Below are positions 1-9,595 of a DNA stretch of 40,186 nt, in pieces. The notes beneath the pieces are model-generated. The model ran no database searches. It saw nothing but the letters and a program-made list of their open reading frames with translations, and was not told the DNA's origin. The stretch spans positions 1 to 40,186 of the forward strand of contig DAORHY010000002.1 in assembly GCA_035438225.1 (NCBI GenBank), in the 5' to 3' direction. Made by a program: the position numbers and the translations under genes. Position 1 is the stretch's first letter; each line of letters opens with the position of its first letter. The DNA comes from Bacteroidia bacterium (GTDB lineage Bacteria; Bacteroidota; Bacteroidia; AKYH767-A; 2013-40CM-41-45).

Positions 1-144
1 AATGATGGCGCCATCGGAGCGGGCGATCGGGTAAAAATCGGGAAGGAATATAAAGTTGGAGTGATTGTTATTGTTTCCAAAGACAACCTCAGAAAAGATC
101 TTGAAGCTGCAGGCATTTTGAAATCACTGAATTCCGGATTTTAA
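1..144 (+). CDS. 3' end of a hypothetical envelope protein (gene starts left of the window)
   Basis: The frame is open from the window edge to TAA at 142-144. The C-terminal peptide YKVGVIVIVSKDNLRKDLEAAGIL resembles the C-terminus of the next ORF (FGVVVRVLRTALIKRMTDDNIL). There is a 10-bp gap to the next gene on the same strand. Confidence 0.5.
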   Translation, partial: NDGAIGAGDRVKIGKEYKVGVIVIVSKDNLRKDLEAAGILKSLNSGF

Positions 145-154
145 TTCTTAAACC

Positions 155-649
155 ATGTACAGATACTTCTCCTTCACACTGCTGTTTGCAGCAGGATTAA
201 GTTTTTTTTCCTGTGACCCGCAAAAGAAAATTGCAGGCAATTACTCTTATGAAACTGAATGTCTTGGCGTTGAAATGGATGGCACGCAAACATTAAAAGC
301 ATTCGGAACAGGAAGTAATAACGATGATGCTATCGAACAAGCCAAAAAGAATGCGGTCCGCGATGTTTTATTCAAGGGGATCCGCAAAGGCAAACCTGAG
401 TGTGAATTGCGTCCGGTATTAAACGAAGTGAATGTTCAGGAAAAGCATGCAGACTATTTCAACACCTTCTTTGCCGATGGAGGTCCTTATAAAAATTATG
501 TCAATACAAAAGACGGAACCGGAACACAGGAACTGATGCGCGACGGCAATACAAAAGGAGCCGGAGTGGAATTCGGTGTTGTGGTGCGTGTTCTGCGTAC
601 TGCGCTCATCAAAAGAATGACTGACGACAATATTCTTAACATCAAATAA
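155..649 (+). CDS. Hypothetical lipoprotein (164 aa)
   Basis: ATG at 155. The N-terminus MYRYFSFTLLFAAGLSFFSC looks like a lipoprotein signal peptide with a lipobox-like Cys. It is the second gene of a tightly spaced same-strand cluster. No family was recognised with certainty. Confidence 0.7.
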   Translation: MYRYFSFTLLFAAGLSFFSCDPQKKIAGNYSYETECLGVEMDGTQTLKAFGTGSNNDDAIEQAKKNAVRDVLFKGIRKGKPECELRPVLNEVNVQEKHADYFNTFFADGGPYKNYVNTKDGTGTQELMRDGNTKGAGVEFGVVVRVLRTALIKRMTDDNILNIK

Positions 650-657
650 TACCAACT

Positions 658-1608
658 ATGAAACGTATCTTAATTTTAGTATTCAGTTTTTTTATTGGAA
701 TTTCAAACAGTTTCGGCCAGGCAAAAAAACCAACATTAATGGTGCTTCCCAGCGATGTCTGGTGCAATGAAAATGGTTTTATGATGGAATTCGACAATCA
801 GGGAACCAAAGAGAAAATTCCGGATTACAAACGTGCTTTCCAGGAGAATTCTGATTTAATCAATGTGATTAGTAAAATAAATGGACTGATGGCCGATCGA
901 GGTTTTCCGCTGAAAAATGCAGAATCCGCCTTGAAAACGCTTGCTTCGGAAGCAGCAGAAGAAAACATGATTGCCGGTAAAAACAAAGGCGGAGGCGTTG
1001 CAGAAAGTCCGGTTGATAAACTCAAGAAGACTGCCAAGGCAGACATCATTCTTCAACTGACCTGGAAATTGAATTCAACCGGACCGAAGAAATCCATCAC
1101 TTTTAATTTACAAGGTTTAGATTCCTATACTGATAAACAGGTTGCGACTGCACAAGGTACGGGGGCTCCTTCTTTTGCAGCTGAAATTCCGGTTTTACTT
1201 GAAGAGGCTGTGCTTTCCCACATGGACAATTTCACAGCTTCACTTCAAAAACATTTCGATGACATGTTTGAGAACGGCCGTGAAATGGTGATCCGAATTA
1301 AAAAATTTGAATCCTGGAACGATGACCTGGAAACAGAATTCAACGGCAAACAGCTGGGCGAAATCATTGAAGAATGGGTGCATACAAATACAGTTAAGAA
1401 CAGGTTCAACAGAACTGAGTTTACAGCCAACATGATGTTGTTTGAACAAGTTCGCATGCCGCTTTACGACGCTTCAAACAAAGCACTTGATGCCCGTAAT
1501 TTTGTAAGAAACCTGCAAAAACTAATCGAAGCACCGCCGTATTCAATACCGTGCAAATTAATGATGAAAGGCTTGGGACAAGCTACGCTGTATATAGGTG
1601 ATAAATAA
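658..1608 (+). CDS. Secreted hypothetical protein, DUF6175-like (316 aa)
   Basis: It has a signal peptide (MKRILILVFSFFIGISNSFGQ). The motif KPTLMVLPSDVWC right after the cleavage site matches my memory of DUF6175-family Bacteroidota proteins. It starts 8 bp after the previous stop codon. Confidence 0.7.
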   Translation: MKRILILVFSFFIGISNSFGQAKKPTLMVLPSDVWCNENGFMMEFDNQGTKEKIPDYKRAFQENSDLINVISKINGLMADRGFPLKNAESALKTLASEAAEENMIAGKNKGGGVAESPVDKLKKTAKADIILQLTWKLNSTGPKKSITFNLQGLDSYTDKQVATAQGTGAPSFAAEIPVLLEEAVLSHMDNFTASLQKHFDDMFENGREMVIRIKKFESWNDDLETEFNGKQLGEIIEEWVHTNTVKNRFNRTEFTANMMLFEQVRMPLYDASNKALDARNFVRNLQKLIEAPPYSIPCKLMMKGLGQATLYIGDK

Positions 1609-1626
1609 TTTTAAATATTGAAAAAA

Positions 1627-2604
1627 ATGAAAACTAAATTCAGACAGATCAATTATCTCCTCAGTATATCCTTCCTGTTCATCCTCCATACACACACCAT
1701 TGCAGGTGTTTCTGAAGAACGCTCAGGAATTTCCATGAGCGGTTACGTATCTGAACAAATCGAAGGACTTCCTCCGATTTCAAAAGATCTCCTGCAAAAC
1801 AAACTGAACCAGATCGTCACACAAAACGGTATTACCAACGGCCCACTCGGCTCACGCTTCATCATCACTCCGAATATCAACGTGATGACGAAAGACATTT
1901 TACCGGGCCCTCCACCCATGCACGCCCTGACACTTTCAATCACATTTTATATTGGCGATGGCATCGAAGGCAGAAAATTTGCCAGCCGGTCGATTACCGT
2001 GAAAGGGGTTGGCACGAATGAAACGAAAGCCTACAACGAAGGCATTAAACAAATCAATCCTTCCGATCCTCAGCTGGCTGCACTTTTAGAGGAAGGAAAG
2101 AAAAAGATTATCGAATACTATACAAACCATTGCGATGCCGTCATTAAAAATGCCCAATCGGCTGCTTCCCTTGGTAATTATGAGGACGCACTATCGCAAC
2201 TCACCACAATTCCCGATGCCTGTAAAGCGTGTTACGACCGCGGCATGACTGCCGCTGAACCGATGTATAAAAAATACATTGATCAGCAGTGCCAGATAAA
2301 ATTAACGGAAGCCCGGGCTGCATGGAACGCGCAGCAAAATTCCGAAGGCGCAGCAAAAGCCGGTGCTGCACTGGCGTCCATCGAGCCGACTGCTGCCTGC
2401 TACCCGGAAGCAGCTGCACTCAACAAAGAAATCAGCGGGCGTATGACAGAACTCGGTAACAAAGAGTGGGAATACAAAATGAAAATCGTCGATGCCGCCA
2501 CTGAAGTTGCCAAAGCGCGGATTGAAGCCTATCGGGCAATCAGTGTCAGTTATTATCTGAGCAGAAGAAGTGTGATCGTTTACAACATAAGGGGGTGGTG
2601 GTAA
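1627..2604 (+). CDS. Hypothetical secreted or membrane-anchored protein (325 aa from ATG 1627; the ORF track starts at TTG 1618)
   Basis: It has a hydrophobic N-terminus (INYLLSISFLFILHTHTIAG) and a helical Ala-rich C-terminal half. It is the last gene of the cluster and is followed by an intrinsic terminator. Confidence 0.65.
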   Translation: MKTKFRQINYLLSISFLFILHTHTIAGVSEERSGISMSGYVSEQIEGLPPISKDLLQNKLNQIVTQNGITNGPLGSRFIITPNINVMTKDILPGPPPMHALTLSITFYIGDGIEGRKFASRSITVKGVGTNETKAYNEGIKQINPSDPQLAALLEEGKKKIIEYYTNHCDAVIKNAQSAASLGNYEDALSQLTTIPDACKACYDRGMTAAEPMYKKYIDQQCQIKLTEARAAWNAQQNSEGAAKAGAALASIEPTAACYPEAAALNKEISGRMTELGNKEWEYKMKIVDAATEVAKARIEAYRAISVSYYLSRRSVIVYNIRGWW

Positions 2605-2650
2605 TTCGTCAAACGCCATTCCCTTTCACCGGATGATTCCAAATCCTTTT

Positions 2651-2686
2651 AAAAAAACCCCCACCAATAGTCGGGGTTTTTTTTTC
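2651..2686 (+). terminator. Rho-independent terminator of the lipoprotein operon
   Basis: The sequence is aaaaaaaccccc-accaatagtc-ggggttttttttt: a C/G stem flanked by an A-run and a T-run. Confidence 0.6.
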
Positions 2687-3107
2687 TCACAAAGAAATTC
2701 AATGTAAACATCAAAACCGGCCGACTTCAATTCAAACATTCCTCCTCCTACCGTTCCTTTTCATCCACGTACTATCACTATCGTTTTTCCTTAGCTTCAT
2801 CCATCCTTATCGTATTCACAAAATATGCCCGCTTCAAAAAACTGATTTACCCGGCAGATGTTTTTCTCAAAACAGTTTAACTCTGAAAAAACTTAATCGC
2901 TGCTATTACTTTCACGATACCCCTGAATTCTGACACACTCTCCCCGGGAGTTAATGCAACAAACCACGTGACTGTTGAACTGCCGAACTTAAAATTAGGG
3001 CACTTCCAAACAGTAAATTTACTACCTGAGGAAAAATAGCTTTGCCGGGATTTAAACCGTAAGAATCTGAACGCTTACAGGAACGAATAGTCCCGCATCC
3101 ACAGATT

Positions 3108-3872
3108 TTAATACTGAATGATTCCCAGATTGGTCTGTGCATTTGTAGTGACCACAACATTGCTGATGCATGTATCCTGAAAAACAGCTGCCGGATAAAT
3201 ACAAACAGTATACGTTCCGGCCGGCACACCCCGTATCAGAAAATTGCCGGTGGAAGGATCCACAATTGTAGAAAAGGAGTCCGTCCCTGCAATTGCATAC
3301 GCCAGTGCGGTCATCGGAGGTGCGATACGGCCGGCAATGGCCCCATCAATACCTGTCGTGATGGTGCGAATCACCGGTTTCAGGTGGAAGCTTCCGTTTC
3401 CCTGTTCAACAATGGATCTGGATGCATCAAAATCAAGGAGCACAACAGTTGTAACTCCCTGAACGATGGTTGTATGGATTTGCAACTTCAATCCCGATTC
3501 GGATCCGCTTGGAATAATCAAAGGATATGTTTGTCCGTTTTTCGTCACCGAATTCCGGGCTCCCAGTATCAGGCGGATCTGAGAAACATTGCCTGCAGGA
3601 ATATCTGTTGTAGCGATCAAGGTATCCAGGCCATTGCGATAGCGTAACAGATCATAAATGCCGGGAGCCGGAAGCGCCATGCTTACCCAACCTCCCGTTT
3701 GATCAGAATGCACTTCCACACCGGTGATGTCAATGTTTACTGAATCATAAATTGCCGGGGCATCTGTTAAACGGACATGCAAAGTTCCTGTTCCGCTTTC
3801 GGTGGGATTCTGATCCTTACTGCATGCAAAGATTACCACGAAAAACATGATATAAAAGACTGTTTGCTTCAT
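3108..3872 (-). CDS. DUF4382-like lipoprotein with a carboxypeptidase-regulatory-like C-terminal domain (254 aa)
   Basis: It has a lipoprotein signal (MKQTVFYIMFFVVIFACSKD). The segment GTLHVRLTDAP...VNIDITGVEVH is typical of DUF4382. The C-terminal GRIAP...FLIRGVPAGTYTV resembles a CarboxypepD_reg fold. Confidence 0.7.
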   Translation of the reverse strand: MKQTVFYIMFFVVIFACSKDQNPTESGTGTLHVRLTDAPAIYDSVNIDITGVEVHSDQTGGWVSMALPAPGIYDLLRYRNGLDTLIATTDIPAGNVSQIRLILGARNSVTKNGQTYPLIIPSGSESGLKLQIHTTIVQGVTTVVLLDFDASRSIVEQGNGSFHLKPVIRTITTGIDGAIAGRIAPPMTALAYAIAGTDSFSTIVDPSTGNFLIRGVPAGTYTVCIYPAAVFQDTCISNVVVTTNAQTNLGIIQY

Positions 3873-4270
3873 CGGTTATTCGTTTAATTTTATCTGTAAA
3901 GATGTGCAAACAGTTGGGGAATAGAATGAAATTGACAAATTCTGCCTTTATTAAAGGAAAATACGAGGTTTCTGCAGTTTAATAACCGAACAAATCAGAG
4001 ATCCGAGAAAGCCGGACAACGATGCACGTAAAAAAATCTCCGTACAGATCACCCAAAACAGGACTTTTGAAAAGCTCTTGAATGAACACGCACGAAGGAG
4101 TTTATCCGGTCTGCTCCGGATCCAATTTACGGTTTTAAACCAAGCTAAATTTGCATTTTTCCATGTCCCGTAAAAATATCTTTCCGGAGTCTTTGCTTTG
4201 TTCATTTAACTTTGCAATTTGGCTTCAGGATTTGTTCCCTCATCCCGCTTCCACAATCAACCAAAAACAA

Positions 4271-6319
4271 ATGAAAAAAAACCTACGCTGCATTGTTAGT
4301 GCATTCTTCCTGCTTCTCCTTGGCTCTGGTATTTCCCATGCACAGGTAGCAGCTCTTCCGTTTACAGCATCGCTGGATACGTTCAACGTAATCACCGGCA
4401 CCACACTCGATGCTCCGGGTGTTGACGATGTGGTATATCAGGGGATTCCCATCGGCTTTACTTTTAATCATGCAGGAACACCGCATGATTACATGTCGGT
4501 GAACACCAACGGTTATGTTGAACTGGACTCAACAGGTACGAATGCATTTTATACAATCCTTAGTGGTGCAAGAAACAACATCGTTGCTCCTTTCGGCGCT
4601 GACCTGAAAAATTCAAATGCGAACGCAAGCCTGCAGTACGTCACCATCGGTACGGCCCCGAACCGTATTACAATTGTTCAATGGCTGCACTACTCCTACT
4701 TCGTCGGGAACGGCGATGTAAATATCCAGCTGTGGCTATTTGAGACTTCCAATTGTATTAAGTTTATCTATGGGAATAATTCGCTCGTGAACAATCCCCT
4801 CAACACACAAATCGGAATGCGTGGCACCACCAATGCCGACTTCATTGCACTTGGTGACACTGTTTGTAACTGGGCGAATGCTTACCCATATCCAAGCATC
4901 ACGACAATGTTTCCTGTGAGCCTGTCTTGCAATATGCCTTCCGGTTTTGCTTTTCATTTTGGGCCTTGCGTCGGAACAGGAAGTGTGAACTTCTCCTACC
5001 TTACCGGAACCGTGTTCAATGATGTCAATGGTAACGGTTCCAGGGATACGTTGGAACCGGGAATACCCAATCGTGTGGTGAACCTGCTCCCCGGGAACTA
5101 TTTTGTGTCTACGGATGCCGGCGGGAATTACGCCTTCTTCTATCTTGATTCGACGCTCACCTATACCCTTTCAACTGGTGGAATTTTATACTGGGTCCAA
5201 ACGACTACACCGGCCGTGTTATCCTGTAACCCTCAGACCCAATCTGGTTCCGGACTGAATTTTGGATTTCAGCAAATCCCGAATGTGCATGAAGTTTCCG
5301 TGACCTGTCCGAACTGGGGCGCTAAACCCGGACAACCCGAGCCGATGCCCATATCTTTCCAGAACAACGGCACGGCAACAGAAAGTGACACCATTACTTT
5401 TGTAATGGATTCGCTTTACACCTTTATCAGTTCAAACCCTGCTCCGGCTGCCCAAAACGGACAAACAATACAATGGGCGTATTCAAACCTCGCTCCCGGA
5501 CAACACAACTCAATCATGCTCTACCTGTTGCCGGATTCATCAGCAGTACTCGGGAATTATCTCAACTCCACGCTATCCATCGGGCCTTCGAATGACACGG
5601 TTCCTGCCAACAATGTGGTGAATCTGCATCAGCTCATCACTCTGGCCTGGGATCCCAACGAAAAACTTGCTGAACCATCCGGAGAAATCGATGCTGGTAC
5701 TGAAATTAATTACACCATACATTTCCAAAATACAGGGAACGCAACGGCCGACAATGTAACTGTGTACGATACACTCGATGCCGGGCTGGATCTTCTTTCC
5801 TTCCGGCTGACCGGTTCTTCGCATACTGTTAACTTTACCATGGAAGGAAATGGTGTGGCACGATTCACATTCTACAACATTCAACTTCCTGACAGCGGTG
5901 CTGATCTGGTGCGCAGCAACGGGTATGTGAGCTTCGCCATCCGGACGCTTCCCAACCTTCCGCAAAGCACATCCATCACTAACCGTGCAGGTATTGTGTT
6001 CGACTGGAATCCCCCGGTAATGACCAACACAACACAGAATAGTATCAGGATCAGTACAGGACTGAATGCATCTGCTGTCCAGACCTTTTTGATTAAGGCA
6101 TCGCCAAACCCCGCCTTGGCAAACGTTGTGTTTGAGTTCCCTCAGAAATCACATGAACCGGCTACGCTGAATATTCATAGCATTGATGGCAAAACTGTGA
6201 TGATCCGCAACATCTTCAGCGGAGAAAGTACCGACCTTGGGTTCCTTCCTTCCGGAATTTATCTCTGTACCATCACAACGGCTAACAGCTCTTCGCTTGT
6301 AAAACTGATAAAAGAGTAG
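4271..6319 (+). CDS. T9SS-secreted surface protein with DUF11/DUF7619-like repeat domains (683 aa from ATG 4271)
   Basis: An internal ATG at 4271 gives the signal peptide MKKNLRCIVSAFFLLLLGSGISHAQ, whereas the ORF-track start at 4151 has none. It carries a LAWDPNEK motif. The C-terminus (ASPNPA...LNIHSIDGKTV...GIYLCTITT...VKLIKE) is a T9SS type-A sorting domain. Confidence 0.8.
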   Translation: MKKNLRCIVSAFFLLLLGSGISHAQVAALPFTASLDTFNVITGTTLDAPGVDDVVYQGIPIGFTFNHAGTPHDYMSVNTNGYVELDSTGTNAFYTILSGARNNIVAPFGADLKNSNANASLQYVTIGTAPNRITIVQWLHYSYFVGNGDVNIQLWLFETSNCIKFIYGNNSLVNNPLNTQIGMRGTTNADFIALGDTVCNWANAYPYPSITTMFPVSLSCNMPSGFAFHFGPCVGTGSVNFSYLTGTVFNDVNGNGSRDTLEPGIPNRVVNLLPGNYFVSTDAGGNYAFFYLDSTLTYTLSTGGILYWVQTTTPAVLSCNPQTQSGSGLNFGFQQIPNVHEVSVTCPNWGAKPGQPEPMPISFQNNGTATESDTITFVMDSLYTFISSNPAPAAQNGQTIQWAYSNLAPGQHNSIMLYLLPDSSAVLGNYLNSTLSIGPSNDTVPANNVVNLHQLITLAWDPNEKLAEPSGEIDAGTEINYTIHFQNTGNATADNVTVYDTLDAGLDLLSFRLTGSSHTVNFTMEGNGVARFTFYNIQLPDSGADLVRSNGYVSFAIRTLPNLPQSTSITNRAGIVFDWNPPVMTNTTQNSIRISTGLNASAVQTFLIKASPNPALANVVFEFPQKSHEPATLNIHSIDGKTVMIRNIFSGESTDLGFLPSGIYLCTITTANSSSLVKLIKE

Positions 6320-6343
6320 GCCCCCGTTTCATTCGCATTTTTC

Positions 6344-6389
6344 AGAACCTTCCTCCGTATACAATATGCAGAGGAAGGTTCTTCCTTTT
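6344..6389 (+). terminator. Rho-independent terminator
   Basis: A 12-bp perfect stem pairs agaaccttcctc (6344-6355) with gaggaaggttct (6371-6382). The loop is 15 nt and the stem is followed by tcctttt. Confidence 0.65.
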
Positions 6390-6487
6390 GTAGGTTTCCA
6401 CCGAAGGCTCCTGCTCCTTGTGCAATTTTGTCTTCCTTTGTACATTCGTCAGATTAATTTCTTATTTCCGCAGCTTTCTCCTTCTTT

Positions 6488-8404
6488 ATGTCAAAACATA
6501 AAAAACAAAATAAGCCGGTTGCACCTCCCCCGCTCCCAAAACCTGCGCCCGGATATTTTTTTACTCACAAACTTCAAATCCAGGGTTTGTTTATTTTCCT
6601 GCTTGGGTTTCTATTGTATGCCAACACGATTCAAAATGAATATGCGCTTGACGACGGCCTCATCATCAAGGAAAATAAATGGGTGCAACAAGGTACTGCC
6701 GGAATAAGTAAAATATTTTCACATGGAGAGCTGGATTATTTTTACGAAACCCACGGCGGCTCTGAACAGTTTTCCGGTGGCCGGTACCGTCCTTTATCCA
6801 TAGTTACATTTGCAATTGAACAGAGTATTTTCGGAGACAATCCGCATGTCAGACATTTTTTCAATGCCTTGATTTATGCGATTACCCTGGCCCTCATGTT
6901 GTATTTCCTGCGGAAGTATGTCTTCCCGAAAAATCCGGATACCGCATTTCTCGCCGTATTTTTATTTGCCATCCATCCTATCCACACAGAAGTTGTTGCG
7001 AACATTAAAAGCCGCAATGAATTGTTCCCGCTGCTTTTCTATTTGCTGACATTCATTTTTTGTGCCCGGTATATCGATACCAAAAAAGTAACGAATGTAG
7101 TATGGGGTTGTCTTGCCTTATTTCTCTCCCTCCTGTCTAAAGAATACGGTGTTCTGTTTGTTGTGTTATTGCCTCTCTTTCTGCTGCTGGTCATGCAAGT
7201 TCCACTGAAACGAACCCTGCTGATTTCTCTGCCCTATTATGCCGTAACGGGAATCTATCTGCTGATCAGGATTTCCATAACCCGGGTCACAGATCTTTCC
7301 CAAAAAGCAACCGAAGAGGTGCTGAACAACCAGTATATTCTGGGTACAGTGCCCGAAAAAATTGCAACAAAAGTTTACCTGCTTGGTAAATACCTGTGGA
7401 TGCTCATTTATCCGCATCCTTTGTCTGTGGATTATTCCTACAATCAAATTCCGTTCATTCAACCCGGAAATCTTCTCTACATCGGCTCCCTGGTTCTGCA
7501 TGCGGCATTGATCGGGCTGATGATTTTTCTTTTCATCCGGAAGAAAAACATTGCCGTCTTTTTCATGCTTTTCTATTTTGCCCATCTCTTCCTGATCTCC
7601 AATCTGGCTGTTGAAATCGGAACTACATTCAGTGAACGTCTGACCTATATTATTTCATTTGCGTTTTGCGTTTTGCTTGCCATGGCCATTATTTATGGAT
7701 TAGAAAGCATTCGTTCAAATTCAAAAAAAACCGGGCAGATGATAGTGCTTGGCTTTCTTGGCGTTCTCACTTTAATATGCACAACTCAGGTGATCGCACG
7801 AAATGCGCAATGGAAGGACGACTTCTCCTTGTTCACACACGATGTAAATGTTTCAACAAACAGTGTCCTGGTGAATGCAAATGCCGCTAAAAGCTTTATC
7901 AACGAAAGCGTACAACCGCAATACAAAGATTCCCCTGTGCGCAGAGAATACCTGGAGAAAGGCGTTACTTATCTGTTAAAAGCAATTGACATCTACCCTC
8001 GTTTTGCGAACGGCTACCTGAACCTCGGTGTCGCTTATTTTCATCAGGAAAAATATGAAGATGCCTTCAATGCATGGATGAAAGTGAAAGAATTACACCA
8101 CTCAGAACCCAAGTTGAAAGAGTATGCAATAATCTTAAAAAACAACGCACTCCTTTTTGGCGAAAAAAAGGAATTTCAAACCGCCATCCGGTTCCTGGAA
8201 TGGGGAAACAAACTGGACGAGACAAATGAAGATATCCTCTACAATCTTGGTGGTGCATACTATTCGACCGGCAACTTCGAAATGGCAAAGAAAACATGGG
8301 AGTATTTACTCACCAACATAAACCCCAACAACCAGCAGGCGAGGAACGGGTACAATGCAGTATTGGGCATTCTGAACACCCCTGCAACCGGTATGAAAAA
8401 ATAA
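6488..8404 (+). CDS. Polytopic membrane protein with C-terminal TPR repeats (TMTC/PMT-like, DUF1736-type putative glycosyltransferase)
   Basis: The 638-aa protein has many hydrophobic segments. The motif GGRYRPLSIVTFAIE resembles TMTC/DUF1736. The C-terminal third has TPR-like repeats (GYLNLGVAYFHQEKYEDAFNAW; LYNLGGAYYSTGNFEMAKKTWE). Confidence 0.75.
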   Translation: MSKHKKQNKPVAPPPLPKPAPGYFFTHKLQIQGLFIFLLGFLLYANTIQNEYALDDGLIIKENKWVQQGTAGISKIFSHGELDYFYETHGGSEQFSGGRYRPLSIVTFAIEQSIFGDNPHVRHFFNALIYAITLALMLYFLRKYVFPKNPDTAFLAVFLFAIHPIHTEVVANIKSRNELFPLLFYLLTFIFCARYIDTKKVTNVVWGCLALFLSLLSKEYGVLFVVLLPLFLLLVMQVPLKRTLLISLPYYAVTGIYLLIRISITRVTDLSQKATEEVLNNQYILGTVPEKIATKVYLLGKYLWMLIYPHPLSVDYSYNQIPFIQPGNLLYIGSLVLHAALIGLMIFLFIRKKNIAVFFMLFYFAHLFLISNLAVEIGTTFSERLTYIISFAFCVLLAMAIIYGLESIRSNSKKTGQMIVLGFLGVLTLICTTQVIARNAQWKDDFSLFTHDVNVSTNSVLVNANAAKSFINESVQPQYKDSPVRREYLEKGVTYLLKAIDIYPRFANGYLNLGVAYFHQEKYEDAFNAWMKVKELHHSEPKLKEYAIILKNNALLFGEKKEFQTAIRFLEWGNKLDETNEDILYNLGGAYYSTGNFEMAKKTWEYLLTNINPNNQQARNGYNAVLGILNTPATGMKK

Positions 8405-8435
8405 TACGCAAGACAGAAATCTTCCGTCTTGCGTA
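8405..8435. terminator. Hairpin between convergent genes (possible bidirectional terminator)
   Basis: A 9-bp stem pairs acgcaagac (8406-8414) with gtcttgcgt (8426-8434), and the loop is 11 nt. It lies between the TPR gene stop and the cytochrome c gene stop. The U-tracts are weak. Confidence 0.45.
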
Positions 8436-8453
8436 GTAAATGATTATTCAGAA

Positions 8454-9413
8454 TCAGATTCCTCTGTTCACTGCATGTTTTATTTTCGGCACTGTTCTGA
8501 GATAAGCGAATATTGCTTTTGCTTCTTCGTCTGTCAGCTGAACATAGGGAATCATTGGATTCCGCAATGCAGGTCCATTCGGAACGATTCCAAACTTCAG
8601 TGCTTTCACAAATTCCGCTTCCGACCATTTTCCAATTCCCGTTTCTTCGTCCGGTGTCAGATTCATCGTGGTAACCATGGTTCCGTCCTGGCTCTTCAAT
8701 ACATTGCCGCCGCCAAAAAAACCCAGTGATTTTTCCGGTTCAAAAACATCCATCTTTGTAAAATCAGCGGAATGACAGGCAAAACATTCCAATTGATAAA
8801 GAGTAAGGTACTTCCCCCATGCCAACTGATTGGTCGTATCCGGGCCGGGAATTGGCTTTTCCGGAAACGGATAGGGTTTGAAAGCAACCATACATAAAAA
8901 CTTTGTCAGGAAAGACGGCTCAGTCATCGGGCCTTCCGTTTTATCCGGCTGAACCAGGGGATCATCGGAACGCAGAAAAGCGATGATTGAATTGAGATCC
9001 TCATCTGAAATATGCATTAGCTTGGGCATATAGGGAGGAGAATATTTCCCGGTGAGCGGATGAATGCCTGTCCGGATAAAATAGATCAGTTGAGCATCTG
9101 ACCAGTTTCCGATTCCAATCTCAGGATCATGCGTAATGTTTCGCGAAACAATTTTGCCAAACTGTGTTACTTCAGTCATGCTGCGGCCGGTGAACTTTCC
9201 GGTTGCTGGATTAAAATGACAACTGTTACACAACATTCCTGCAATCTTTTTTCCCTGGGCAACACGCTCAGGGGTTATTTCGACCTTCGGAATATCCGGG
9301 ACTTTAACTTCATACGAAGGAATTCCCCGGAGGGAAATGAATGCTGCAAAACCGCCGATGACCAGGGCAACCAGCAATATCAGCACTCCAATGACTTTTA
9401 GTACCTTTTTCAT
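8454..9413 (-). CDS. Membrane-anchored di-heme c-type cytochrome (319 aa)
   Basis: It has an N-terminal TM anchor (VIGVLILLVALVIGGFAAFISL) and two CXXCH heme-binding motifs (CNSCH and CFACH). Confidence 0.85.
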   Translation of the reverse strand: MKKVLKVIGVLILLVALVIGGFAAFISLRGIPSYEVKVPDIPKVEITPERVAQGKKIAGMLCNSCHFNPATGKFTGRSMTEVTQFGKIVSRNITHDPEIGIGNWSDAQLIYFIRTGIHPLTGKYSPPYMPKLMHISDEDLNSIIAFLRSDDPLVQPDKTEGPMTEPSFLTKFLCMVAFKPYPFPEKPIPGPDTTNQLAWGKYLTLYQLECFACHSADFTKMDVFEPEKSLGFFGGGNVLKSQDGTMVTTMNLTPDEETGIGKWSEAEFVKALKFGIVPNGPALRNPMIPYVQLTDEEAKAIFAYLRTVPKIKHAVNRGI

Positions 9414-9563
9414 GTAGTGTAGGGGTTTTGTGTTCGGGCTGAAATTAATAATTTTTTGAAGACGTGTAAAGGGGAAAAATTTGTATTGAAATTTGTTAAA
9501 ACAACTTCAGTGGTCAAGGGGGCCGGGGGACCAACTGCAAAATAACTGACCGACTCCGTTGCC

Positions 9564-9595
9564 CTTCACTCTTCACTCATTTACTCTCACCAATC
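9564..9595. repeat. Short heptamer-periodic tract (cttcact cttcact catttact ctcacc aatc) spanning the DinB stop codon
   Basis: The 14-mer ttcactcttcactc (9565-9578) is the exact reverse complement of 29292-29305. The segment atttactctcaccaatc (9579-9595) matches 29407-29423 apart from one indel. Confidence 0.45.

Noticed and set aside
2994-3013. attagggcacttccaaacag resembles the terminal inverted repeat of the 35-kb palindrome (attaagggcacttctaataac) and might be a solo copy of the same element.
   Set aside because: The match is only about 12 of 13 nt and includes an indel, no inverted partner lies nearby, and the core 9-mer gggcacttc also occurs by chance inside the M43 gene (24856-24864, reverse strand). 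This is not significant without a genome-wide search.
4151-4270. Long N-terminal extensions offered by the ORF track here, and likewise at 11439, 25738, 18469, 37076, 21366, 15432 and 28118.
   Set aside because: In each case an internal ATG gives a proper signal peptide or family-typical N-terminus. Several of the upstream starts are TTG codons.
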